64,000 nucleotides of DNA, taken from Lingula anatina (lineage: Eukaryota; Animalia; Brachiopoda). Within the stretch, counting starts at the first letter, position 1; each line of letters opens with the position of its first letter. Positions 1-11,692 of the stretch are shown piece after piece. Location of the stretch: NCBI GenBank assembly GCA_051362555.1, contig CM120641.1:28712401-28776400 (forward strand). Direction: 5' to 3'. Below the pieces are notes generated by a model. That model was not told the DNA's origin and ran no database searches. It saw only the letters and a list, made by a program, of their open reading frames with translations. A program made the position numbers and the translations under genes.

Positions 1-50
1 GAAAATAGAAAATAGAAAATAGAAAATAGACATTGCATGTGAACGAAGCC
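1..50. mobile_element. Right end of a palindromic MITE, same family as 5363-5619
   Basis: gaaaatagacattgcatgtgaacgaagcc matches the right arm and terminus of 5363-5619 and is followed by TTA. Confidence 0.75.
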
Positions 51-112
51 TTATAGTCTGAGACCTGAATGCTAAGTGAATTAAGAAATGAACCCATTTG
101 TTTTGTATAAAT

Positions 113-451
113 CACTAGTGGGCTTGATTTGGTCTGTAAGTGCAATTTAAGATCACAGATTGTCTTACATGATCTTAAACCATAAGTAAGACCATTCCTG
201 GTCTAACAGCCAATTAATTTGTCTCACCTTACACATTCTCCTAATGTCAGTAGAGGTGTCCTCTATTGTGAGGGGAGGTAACCCCCATTGTGAGGGGAGG
301 AAACTGCTTGACCACTTAAGTAGATGTTAGATCACTTTGAACTTAAAAGCAGATTCAGTCCTTTTTAAGACTACTGCTATAATGATTGAGATCGTGTAAG
401 ATCACTAGTGTTCTTAAATTGCACTTTAAGATCAAATCCAACCCACTAGTG
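113..451. mobile_element. Non-autonomous TIR element with CACTA termini (EnSpm/CACTA-like MITE)
   Basis: Imperfect TIRs cactagtgggcttgatttggtctgtaagtgcaatttaaga / tcttaaattgcactttaagatcaaatccaacccactagtg, flanked by a 3-bp direct repeat AAT (110-112 and 452-454). Confidence 0.7.
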
Positions 452-473
452 AATGTATTTTGCTTACTTCTAG

Positions 474-2071
474 GCTCAGAACGTCAAAGTTTGTGAAGTT
501 GAACCAAAAATCAAAGAAACAATGAGGAAATTTAAATTTAGGAAAGAAAAAAATAATGCTGCAGTTATATGTAAGTAAATGACATACTGAGTAGTTATGC
601 CTGTATTATAAAGTCATTGTGTTATAACTTAAAATCAGTTTAGTTGTAATACAAAATTTAGAAAAAAATATCAGTTGTTGTGCATGCAAAATTTAAAAAA
701 ACAACAAACAAACAGAATACGTGATATGCAAAATTTTGCAGTTATCTATTTCAGAATTGACGTAATGGAAACATTTGTCATGTAACAACTGATTGTTATG
801 TACTTGGTGTAAATAAATAAATAACTGATGATATAATAACCTTTTGAAAGCAGGTAATGATAATGAAAGAAAAGACACATTTAGCTTGGTATTGCTTTTT
901 GAGACATTTCTGTTTATCATTTCACTTGTTCATTGTTGTTAATATTGCTTTTTTCAGTGAAAATTGACATGGAAAACATGACAGTAGTTTTAGATGAAGA
1001 AATAGAAGTGAGTGCCTGTCTCTGCAGGTTTCTACATGTTACCAGTTATTAAGACAATTGTTACAGATTTTTATCTCTAGATTATCAGTTAGTATTTTAT
1101 TAATCTAGCTTAATTTTTAAATAAAATTGTTGGAATTACGACAAGTTTTTTAAAAATCAAATATGTAGTAACATCACAGTTTCTTTTCCACTGTAGCAGA
1201 TATTAATGTTGTGTCATTTCTTTATTTTTATGTTTGCAGGATTGCACTATGGACGATCTACAAAATGAGTTGCCTGATCACCAACCAAGATTTGTAGTCT
1301 ATAGTTACTGTTACAATCATGATGATGGGCGTGTTTCATATCCTCTATGCTTCATCTTTGTTAGTCCTATAGGTACTGGTACTGTTGCAGAGATTATAAA
1401 TTCTATTTGAAATTATTTTTAATACTTGTTGGAACAAATGCCAGAAAATTCACATTTTGTTTATGATGAATAAGCTTTCCTTGTCTTCTTGTCTTTCTTG
1501 AAGTTCATGATTGTATGACTGATCTGAATGTAATTTCATTTACTTGTTTTCTTGAGTTACTGAATCACTATTGCCGCAGTTGAAATAAGTAGTGATATAA
1601 ATACTATGACAGTCTTGTATTCTTTAATTTAAACAGGGTGCAAGCCAGAAATGCAAATGATGTATGCAGGCAGTAAAAATGGATTAGTTCAAGAATTAGA
1701 TGTGACAAAGGTATGGTGACAAGTATGATTATGAATTGTGTTCATAAAGTATTAACTCATTAAAATAAATCAGATAAATAGTGTTAGCAAAACTTTCATG
1801 CCCCTAGGCAATATAGGCATATTAAATTAAATTTTTACTTAGAATTTTAAAATTAAATTTGCAATTATTGTGTTTATGGGTGTTATTATAAATACTATTG
1901 TTATTTTCATAAATATTTGCATATTTAACTTTTTCAGTGATCCTCTAAATACAAATTTAAGATTTAAAAAAAATAATTTTATATCTTTATCACTTGCAGA
2001 TTTTTGAAGTCAGAAACACAGAGGAACTCACAGAAGAATGGTTAAAACAAAAATTATCATTTTTCCGTTAG
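474..2071 (+). CDS. GMF: Glia maturation factor (ADF-H family), 5' partial. Exons 474-570, 958-1007, 1240-1372, 1637-1710, 2000-2071; the ATG exon is probably upstream of the window
   Basis: Manual splicing at GT-AG sites with consistent phase gives [141 protein letters not shown], recognisable as GMF beta/gamma. The ORF track misses it. Confidence 0.95.
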
Positions 2072-4690
2072 TGACTGCATTTTTACTGAAAAACCAAGAC
2101 CGAAAACACAGTGAAATACATATCCAGTGAATAAGTATTCTGGGGCCAGTTTACCTGAGATGAAGATTTACTAAGCTGAGACAAGACATTAGTAGTTAAG
2201 TCTTCTTGAAATCAAAAAAATTGGTTCATGAAGTAAAAAAAAACGCCTTGTGTTGATGAGTTAAGATCTTTCAGTGACTGTGCTAACTAAATAACCATAC
2301 ATACATTAATTTCCTTGTTATTACTTAAAGGGATAACATCTGTTCATTTTGGCCAAAAAATGAATTTTTCTGGGGTAAAGGACAATTTTCCCATACTTCC
2401 CAATAGTTAATGAAAACATTCCCACATTCAAAGTTAGTCCCTGTTTTTTTTTCTGAAAAGTTTGGTTTTTTGTAATATTCTCTTAAGAGATTATTACAGA
2501 AGTGTAGCCATGTATGGAGGTCACATGATGTGATAGGAAGCACAAACTCCAGTTGTTAATTAACAGTTGTTATCCCTTTAAATGCACAACAGGTACTGCA
2601 ACCTAAGAATAATTCTCTGCATTCCCATCTTGACTGAACTGCTATTCCAACCAGCAGTTAAGCAAATTGTAATTTTGAAAAAATATTGTCAAGCATATTT
2701 TAAAGTTATTTAAAGTTGTTTGTAAAATTGACCTTAGATGAATGTCTAGTAATCTTTTGATATTTTTCAAAAGCAAGTGAAGTTTAGCTGAAAGTGGCCT
2801 CAAAAGAAACTGAATTATTGATAATAAAGGTAATTCTTAATATGCTTTGTGAATATGTGTATAGGAGGGAAAAGGGAAGGAGAAGAAAGGACAATTTATT
2901 TGGCCAGGGAAGTGCATATTTATCAGTTTTACCTCTATTGGCCAGAGAAAGCTTGGTCAGTTTTTTTTCCCTGTTGTAATGCTACTCTCTAGAACTTGTC
3001 TACAGTCATTAATATTTAGTAGGACAACAAAGCAGGTCTATGGGTGATAGAATTGATATTGTGTAATCTTCTCACATTGTGTATACCTAGGTCAATGCAG
3101 CCCATGCAGATTCTCCATGTTGATTGACACTTACATTAACATGAACTTTCGTGAACAGACAATAATTTGCTGTCAGTTTATGCAAAGCTGGTCATTGAGT
3201 AATAAAAAACAAAAACAATTTTGTGAATTTTTTCAATCTTATTAATAGCTTTAAAACCTTCTTGAATACGGGACAAAACTTCTTCAAATAGTTCATTTTA
3301 TGATGAGTAACCTAAATTGATTATGTTGGCATAAAAAAACCTGCTAATTAGAAAACTTCAAACAATAAATATATCTATATCAGTTAAGTACAAAGTTTTA
3401 TTTGACAATTTTCTGCATTACCAGAATCAAAGCAATGAATAGCCCCCCCCCCCCCCCCCCCAAAAAAAAGCATTTATTGTAAACTGTCAAAAGATAATTC
3501 GATTGTCCTGTGGAAGCATACACTTTTCAAATAATGAACAAGTGGGGGTTGATGCTCAGCTAAAAAATAAGGTTTGAGTTTTCAAGGCTATGAGAAATTA
3601 CTTTTAAGAAAATAAGAAACAGTTTATCTATTCAACACAAATTTGTCATAGGATTTGATACAAAAAAAAATCAATATTATAAAATTAGAGGTCTGTAACT
3701 TTTTTCAGTGACTTGGCAACCTTCTAACACTAATTGAAAACTAGGACATTATCTTATTTGCCTAGCTTAAATGAATTGTCCATTGAGAACTCAGCTGGAA
3801 AAATTCTGCATACACACACACAAAAAATCATTTGCCACAGATGACTTACTAAACTAAGCAACGGATCACAATGATGTTTATAGATTTAGCAAATAAACTG
3901 GTTGTCAATCTCCAAATATGATAAAATGGACACATATCCACTCACACAGTGAATGGCGGCAAACTATTTTCATTATACTGACAGACAGCAAATGCCCTAC
4001 TTATAGACCAGAAATTCAAATATGCAATGCTTTCGCTTACAAATGTTATAAACAATGATTACATGTACAAGTACAAAAATTGTGCCTGAAGACAAGAAAA
4101 AAAGAACTATTAATCAAGCAAAAGACTAATATAAATTTTTCTATTTTTTTTCCTAGTCACTTTGCTAAAAGAATAACCAACTACATTATCTTTCCAAAAA
4201 TGTCTCAAAAGTGTTACAGAAATAACTCACAAAATTAATGTCTTTAACAAAGAATGTTCAGAAACAACTACTATGATCAACTTTACCAATTTTACATATC
4301 AAATGTCTTACAGTATAAAAGCTAAAAAGACTGGCATTTACATAAATGAGGCTTTACCAGGGACAGCCATCACAATTACTTTGAGCAGCACACAAGGAAT
4401 ATCAACTGCAGGTGCAAGGGAAATAGATGACATTGTCTTCCAAACATGTTTATTTTCATTTGATCTATCAGTAATAAGGATGAGAGATCACTTTCCTAGT
4501 GAATAAGCCACACATTTGTCTCTGAAATGGGATATTTCTGCAGATACGTGAGCAGCTTTGTTCAACATCTCGTTCTTTTGAAAACCAATGTGTACATTCC
4601 ATTTTGTCGTCTTGTACCTGTCACGGCTTGCATGTCGTTGTCTTATAATTGAATTTTCCCCCGGATGAAACCAAATGACATGAACCGCTT

Positions 4691-7600
4691 TTAGGATGTC
4701 ACAAGCACATAAATCATACTGAAATAAATAAAATTTGACATGAAAAATCATAATCCCCATATTTGAAAATGTTAACTTACACTATGTTAATACTTTGTTT
4801 AGACATTTCACTAAACTGGATTTCAAACATCTATATTCAACCACTAAAATCAATGACAGACCTTTATACTGTATGAAATCAGCAAATGTTTTTCTTACTT
4901 GCGCATTGGCTGCTTGCTTGTATAAACAACTTTATAATTATTTAAATGCTTTAAATCATTACCTGTATAAGTAATAGAAAAAAGAGAGAAGATAGAATGC
5001 TAGCTTGACCCATCCTTCTTTCTGAGCTCTGCTTAGTTCATCAGCATTCATTATGCTAGTGGGGTCATACAAGCCAGGGCCACTCATAACGGGCCTATGA
5101 AGATACCTACAAAATTATAATTTTCAGCATTATCAAGTAACTTTATATGTTACTGTTAAAGAAAACTGCACATAAAAATATGAAATTGCAATTCATCCCT
5201 CTCTTGCCTGCATTTAGTATATGTATAGACTTGTTCTGTAAAAATTGTTAAGTGTATGTTAAGCTCCCCCCCACCCCCCACCCATAAATAAGTGTACGTT
5301 TTATGGAAAGCTTAATCCCCTTCCCCTCAGATGACACGTTTCAAAATCCTGGATAAATCCTTGGCTTCATTCACATGTAATGTCTATTTTCTAAATTCTA
5401 TTTTCTATTCGCGGTATGTCTTATGATCACGGTCTGTGCCCTGAATATCCCGCGGCGTAATTACTGGCAGCGCGAGCCAGTTACTATAAGTTACTATAAG
5501 TAACTGGCTTGCGCTGCCAGTAATTACGCGGCGGGATATTCAGGACACAGACCGTGATCATAAGATAGCGCGAATAGAAAATAGAATTTAGAAAATAGAC
5601 ATTCCATGTGAACGAAGCCCTTGTTTCTAGCATGACTTTGATATGTATACAAACCTGTTGACATGGTAAGCAATTAGGGGAACATTCAGCAGTACAGTGC
5701 CCCACTGCCAGGCAAATACAAATAAGATTGTAAAAAGGGCATGGATCCCATACTCTGGCAGCACCAACTGAAACACAACATACACAAACTGAATGTTATA
5801 AGTGCAACTTTCAGGAAGAAAACATTCAATACAATCCGGCACTTTTGACAATGCAATGACAAAATGAATGTCAATAGCGGTGGGGTACTTAAATATAGAA
5901 ATCAAAATGGATATAGAACTACTGGTTTCTGTATCTGAGAGATTATAGGATAATGTAATACCAGACTAAAAATATACAAAACTAGAGGATCAGAGAGGCG
6001 ATACCGCCTCCGGATATTGTACCACCAGCTGGAGTAAGAGCATTCGAATGGAAACCCCCCCAAAAAAGGGACACCACAACCAGTCTTGTCCTTGACAAGC
6101 TCTATGCAATAAACAAGAATTCTCAAAGTATGAAAAAAAAATCGAAAAAAATATAACATAAAAATGGTTCAATCAAGTGGATTTTCCAATTGGCCTGTAT
6201 TTTCCTAACATTGATCACTCCTGTGATTTTCTGGACAATAGGCCTATTGCTTTTCCTTGAAATGAGTTATCAGTGTTGCATATATGCTGAGAAAAGAGAA
6301 AACCTAGGGGCAACACTGGGCATATCTCTGCTTGTTTTGAAGATGTGAGGGGCACGAAAATATGCAAAGTTCAGTTCATGATGAAAAAGTAGGTCAATTT
6401 CAAGGTCACAGTACATGACTTTCTATTCAAGTTCAATAGTAACTATGGGCATTTCCTTGCCAATTTTGGAAATGTAAAGGTCAGAAAACATGCGAAGTAC
6501 AGTTCATCATAAAAAGTAGGTCAAAGGTCAATTTCAAGGTCACAGTTAGATTGCCAGTATAAGACTTCCTATTTAGATTCAATAGTAACTATGGGCTTAT
6601 CTCTGCCAGTTTTTGAGATATAAGGGAGAGAATTTTTTCAAAGTTCAGTTCATGGTGAAAAGTAGGTCAAAGGTCAATTTCAAGGTCACAGTTAGATTAC
6701 CAGTATATGACTTCCCACTCAAGTTCAACAGTAACTATGGATGTACCTCTGCCAGTTTTAGAGATATAAGGGCTGGAAAATTTGAAAGTTCAGTTCATGG
6801 TGAAAATTAGGTCAGATGTCAATTTCAGGATCACAGTTAGATTGCCATTATATGACTTCCTATTCAAGTTCAATAGTAACTATGGGCGTATCTTTGCCAG
6901 TTTTGGAGATATAAAGATCAGAAAACTTGCAAAGTGCATTTCATCATGAAAGTAGGTCAAAGGTCAATTTCAAGGTCACAGTTATATTACCAGTATATGA
7001 CTTCCTATTCAAGTTCAAAAGTAACTATGGGCATATCTCTGCTAATTTTAGAGTATTTCACATTTTATTTTCACCACTGAATTTAGGATGTTGAACTTTT
7101 TGATATAGTGCAATGCCTTAGCCGTATTGAAAACAAAAAAATAGACACCACCCCCCAGTGTTGCCCTTGACAAGTTCTACAAAATGCATAAAACAAGAGG
7201 TCTCTAGCATTAACAGTACCAGAATTAGAGAGAGTTTTCAGTTTCGACATCTAATAGCTGCTGCTACCATGAAAATGCACCGATTGACCCCAAACTCACG
7301 AAAATGAAAGATGAATTTAAGGGTAACACCTGCCCATAATATTATAGGTAAGATCTGTTAAGTTTCTGAAAATTGGCTGAAATAAAAATTTTCTTGCAAA
7401 AATTTCCAATTTTTAGAAAATTTTGGCCCATTTGACTTTGAAATAAAGGTCAAAGGTCAAATCCAAGGGCATACTTGAAATCCTCACATATGACTTTCGG
7501 TCAGCCATCTGTAGAAATTTTTCCCATAATTCCATTGGTTTGGGAGATATTTAGCATTGAATTTTCAAAAATTTTGACAAGGGTGCATTTCAACGAGCGT

Positions 7601-8748
7601 CACGCCCAGGTCAATGCACCAACTGAGACAAAAAAACCTGGGTGTTCAAGTTGAGATTATATGTGACCTAAATCCAAGAGATGGGGACACAGGTCCTTGC
7701 GGTCTAGGAGGAGAAGCGGTAACGGTGACTTGTATCCCACGTCATCCTGCGGAGCTGCAGGAGCCGCAGGAGCCGCAGGAGCCGGCGGAGCCGGCGGAGC
7801 TGTACGAGACGGGTCGGGACTAAAACCATGAGTACCGCCAGCGTACACGCTGGTGGTACTAATGAATGTGCAACTGCATATAAATTCTCAAAATAGCTTG
7901 TATAATCATGTAAATGTAATTTGCTCTCTTGATTTTAAGGTCATGTAGAGAGCAAAGTGGGCTGCTGCCCAAGCATTACTAGTACATAAAATGCTTTTTT
8001 AGCAAATGGCTTGATAATGGTCCTCTAATTGTAAGCTAGAAGTCCTTTTGCCAAGTATCTATATTTTCAACCTTGAACTACAGTATCCATAGCAATACTC
8101 ACTGGATTTAAACTATTACACTGGTCTATTGGGTTCTTGTAGTCAGTTTTTAGTTCATCAAATGCAATAATCTGAAAGATAAATAGCATTTTGGAATATA
8201 ATGCAACAATGTGAAAACCCAAAACAAAGACATCAAGATGATTTTTTTCCTCAAAATAATGTAGATATGGAATGGCCAAGCATTATATGACCTATCAAAA
8301 CCAACTTTAAAACATCTAATCTTCAATAATAGAAGAAAAGATCTGACCAGAAAAGATCACCCTATTATAATCACAGTGATGATGGAATAAGGGTGGATCC
8401 AATTAATCGCCAGAAATCATGTCATGACAATAATTTACTTTATTCAACGGAAGTAGTGTGATTTAAAAATACAAATGTACATGGCCTGCTTGATTATTAT
8501 CTAGGATTGCATAACAATTATTAACATGTAACGTTAGTTGTCGTAATTATGTCACTATTTAAAAGCCGGTGGAGGAGAAGTCATCATGCATGAATTTAAA
8601 GTATGCAATTGTACATAATCCAAATGAAAAACACAAATAGAAACCTTTATACTCTCCATGTACTTACGTGATAAATAGCAAAAAATATCAAAAACGCCGT
8701 TAAAATTAGAGCCAAAATGTAACAAAACGCAGCAAATGTGAATGCCAT
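4691..8748 (-). CDS. CNIH: Protein cornichon homolog (CNIH1-like ER cargo receptor), 144 aa. Exons 8748-8668, 8171-8103, 5767-5655, 5106-4963, 4718-4691
   Basis: Spliced translation [62 protein letters not shown]...[53 protein letters not shown]. All introns are GT-AG and in phase. Confidence 0.97.
5363..5619. mobile_element. Fully palindromic MITE (PIF/Harbinger-like) in a CNIH intron
   Basis: ~120-bp near-perfect inverted arms starting GGCTTC and ending GAAGCC, with a 3-bp direct repeat CTT on both sides. A second partial copy lies at 1-50. Confidence 0.8.
5978..7862 (+). mobile_element. Non-autonomous Helentron-like (HINE/DINE-type) element with an internal satellite array, in a CNIH intron
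   Basis: 5' ACTAG, small hairpin gaggcg-atac-cgcctc and subterminal gtaccaccagc (6019-6029); internal ~146-bp tandem array; GGAGCCGCA micro-repeat near 7750-7800; 3' hairpin agtaccgccagcgt-ac-acgctggtggtact (7831-7860) whose arm matches the 5' subterminal motif. Confidence 0.7.
6300..7050. repeat. Tandem satellite, about 5 units of ~146 bp
   Basis: The motif agtaggtcaaaggtcaatttcaaggtcacagttagatt...gacttcctattcaagttcaatagtaactatggg recurs at ~6390, 6515, 6661, 6806 and 6951. Confidence 0.9.
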
Positions 8749-9450
8749 TTCCTCGCCTTACAAGTCCTGAAATGCACTGAAGATGGCGCTACAAAATGAA
8801 GCTCTTTTACACTGTGTGATGACAGTAGCTTTTGCCGTCACGTTCCCTTAAAAACATTGACTGCAACCAATTAAGTTATAGTCAAATACTGAAATTTATC
8901 AATTTAAATCATGTGTAAAACATTTTCTCCATAAACGCTTAAGCCACCTTAGAGCTCACCTTGACCATGCGTATACCAATGACCAAATAACCAGGTAACA
9001 TTAAGACACTGAGAAATAAAACGTTAAAATGTTCGACATATATCAAAATGTCAAGCTCTAGATTAGCAGATGACAATATTTAAATGCTATTAAATATGAT
9101 ATAAATCACTGAAAACGGAAGGAACAACGTAAAGGGCCCACAGTTAGACTTGAATTTAACACACAGATAGCCACATACGCCGAAGTGTGAATGAACTGTT
9201 TAAAATTTAACCTATCCCGTCAATGGTTATTCAAGTTCACCATGACGGTCTCTTATGTTTTTCAGACATCACTTTCGAAAGTGAGTTAAAAGTTGCCCCA
9301 CTTGAATTTCACACCCTAAATAATGCCATAGAAACCTGAAGTTTCAGAAGTTCTTATAGTATCGGGTAGCATTCGAAAGGTTTACAAGAGTTTTCACTAT
9401 ATAGTATTTCAACATTGAATTCTTATTTTCACAAAATTAATATGTTTCCA
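8749..9450. promoter_or_regulatory. Bidirectional promoter / 5' UTR region shared by CNIH (-) and the DMAC1-like gene (+)
   Basis: Divergent start codons ~710 bp apart; YY1-like AAGATGGCG at 8780-8788; donor-like CAG|gtaac near 8994 and acceptor tttccag just before the ATG at 9459 suggest a non-coding first exon. Confidence 0.55.
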
Positions 9451-9458
9451 GATCTGGC

Positions 9459-10141
9459 ATGGGTCAAGGTGAAAGCTCACAGCAGGTTCAGAATGTACCG
9501 GTACAAGCTGTGACTAGTACTGAAAGTCAGCACACCAGTGAACAGAAATCTCCAAAGCAGCAAGAAGAAGACAAAAAATTAGAATCCTCTCAAAAAGAAT
9601 TAAAAGACAGCTTACACAAACTTGAACCAAAAAATGAAACTGTATCCCCAGGAGGTGAGAGCACAGTGACATTGGACGTGAACCCCACACCTGAAATAAC
9701 CCCAACAGTATTTCAACAAAATCCTCTGGTTGCAGCCACTTTGGGTGTGTCCATTTCAGCTGTGTTATTATATCGCCCAAGATACTGGAAAAAGAACCCT
9801 CATGTGATTAATACCGTTCCCAAACGGTGTTGGGAAGTTTTAATAGGAATGAGTAAGGCAAAGTTATTTTATATTAAATATATTCTAATTTCACTCAAGT
9901 TAGTTCGGTCATCTTTCAGTGCCTGAGAATTTTAAAGTTTTATATTTGAATTTTTGTACAGTCATTGTAATTCATATCTGTGGAGAAAATTTATATTATT
10001 CCTTCTTTTACAGTATATTATGCATTAGCAGTAGAATTGCTGTTAGAGTCAACTGGAAGAAGTTTTAATTCGAACTGGAATCTAAAGATGCATAAGCTGC
10101 CAACTAAAAAAGAAGATCAACCATTATCTGTCAAAGATTGA
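9459..10141 (+). CDS. Candidate alternative isoform A of the same gene. Exons 9459-9852 and 10014-10141
   Basis: The ORF stays open past the 9655 donor to a second phase-1 donor (A|gtaagg at 9853). The strong acceptor ccttcttttacag at 10013 continues in frame as IYYALAVELLLESTGRSFNSNWNLKMHKLPTKKEDQPLSVKD*. Confidence 0.5.
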
Positions 10142-10827
10142 TTTTGTTCTACCAAGTACAGCATTTATGCAGGAAACAATAGATCAAAAGACCTTTTTGA
10201 TAATTGCTTTAAAAACATTTACAAAAAATTATGCAGGAAACAACCATTGTAGTTTTTGACATTTTGTTCATTGCATGAAAACAGTTTGGTATTCCACAAC
10301 ATTGAAAAGGTGTCACAAATTGACAATGGGATTCGAAACTACAGGGAAAAGGACCCCATGCACATCTTGCATTATCACTAGTGTTCTAACAATGGGAGGT
10401 ATGGCTGGCTATGTTATTTGGGTGGCCAAGAAAAATCCCAAAAATTATCAAGGCAACAAGAAGATACTTTGGTTTGTGACAAGTTATTGCCTGGCAGGAA
10501 GTGAGTACATGTCCTTATGAAGAATATGGTTGTCATTATATTTATCTGAACTTTCTAATGACCACATATAAAAACAGTTAAGAACTTTTTTTTTATTATG
10601 ATATATGTAGAGTTGTACATCTTTTATATCATTCACATTTCTCTATGTTAAAAAAATATATATAAATAAAAAACAGGTATTCAAAAATCGCTCATATTGG
10701 TGGTATGGGTGCCATGGTATATTATTTTCTGTATTTTGCAGCATTCCTTGGCCTTGCTTCCACAGTGGTAATGAGGAGCTTGAGTACAATTTCTAACACA
10801 GATGAAGAGATAAAAGAGAACAAGTGA
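9459..10827 (+). CDS. DMAC1: DMAC1/TMEM261-like (DUF4536) small membrane protein. Isoform B exons 9459-9654, 10345-10500, 10742-10827
   Basis: Module PCTSCIITSVLTMGGMAGYVIWVAKK resembles the human DMAC1 segment (CWSCRVLSGLGLMGAGGYVYWVARK, recalled); phase-1 introns are consistent; two hydrophobic segments; MG N-terminus. Confidence 0.65.
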
Positions 10828-11692
10828 TGTCATTTAGAATGAAAGGAACAAGGGTTGAAAGCCTTTCTGTGTAGACCTTTTTAGCTCTATGTTATATTTA
10901 GTAACTGTGTAATCAAAGTTTAAAAAAAAGCTCATTAAAACCTACATTTTTGATGTGTTTCACACTTTCTGCAGTGTTGAAAGAGCTAAGTGAAAGGTCA
11001 ACTTCTGCTTTTTTTCATCCAAGGGGAATATCATTATATGGCAAGTATTTATGAAGAGGTTGGGATTTAAATTATGCAGAAGCTTATATTATGACTAACA
11101 GGGATAAGCATGATTGAAACCCAACTGTGCTTGTGTTCAGAGTTTGTGAGGAATGCTGTAAGAAGTGCCCTGACAGCAGAGTATGTGATAGATAAGAATG
11201 ATCAAGGGTATTTCAGCTCTATGGTGGTGACACAGTAACATTGGCTACATCATTAGATAATATCACTGCAAAGCCATCAGCAAGCATTAATTTGAACTGA
11301 ATTGAATTCACAGAGGCAATTTGTCAATAGGCAACTTTGCCAAGAAATGACGTCATAAGCAATTTCACCTTAGTCAGAATTTGTTTATGTAGACTAGGGT
11401 GTAATTATTTATGAAAAAATACGAAAAAGGTTAAATTCCTCATGGAAACCCTTAAAAGGATTCAGGACTAAGAACCCATTTCAGATGTATTTGCAAATGA
11501 TGTTGTGTTTTTACTTTGTCATGCATTTGAAGCTCAATGTGTTGACATCACATTATTTTCAGGAGCTTAATAAATAACAATGTAAACAACTGAAGTTTTT
11601 ATTTTAACATCATAACACAGCAAGAGAATTTTGTTTTTTCCTGACTGCACACATCCTGTGCAACTTGAAAGATAAATTACTCCACATCTGTA

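Noticed and set aside
4957-4965. CNIH could terminate by intron read-through (YLYR*)
   Set aside because: A proper last exon at 4718-4691 gives the conserved SMIYVLVTS* end and the expected 144 aa.
7614-7848. ORFs with EPQ/PAA repeats on both strands
   Set aside because: Produced by the 9-bp micro-repeat at the 3' end of the Helentron-like element.
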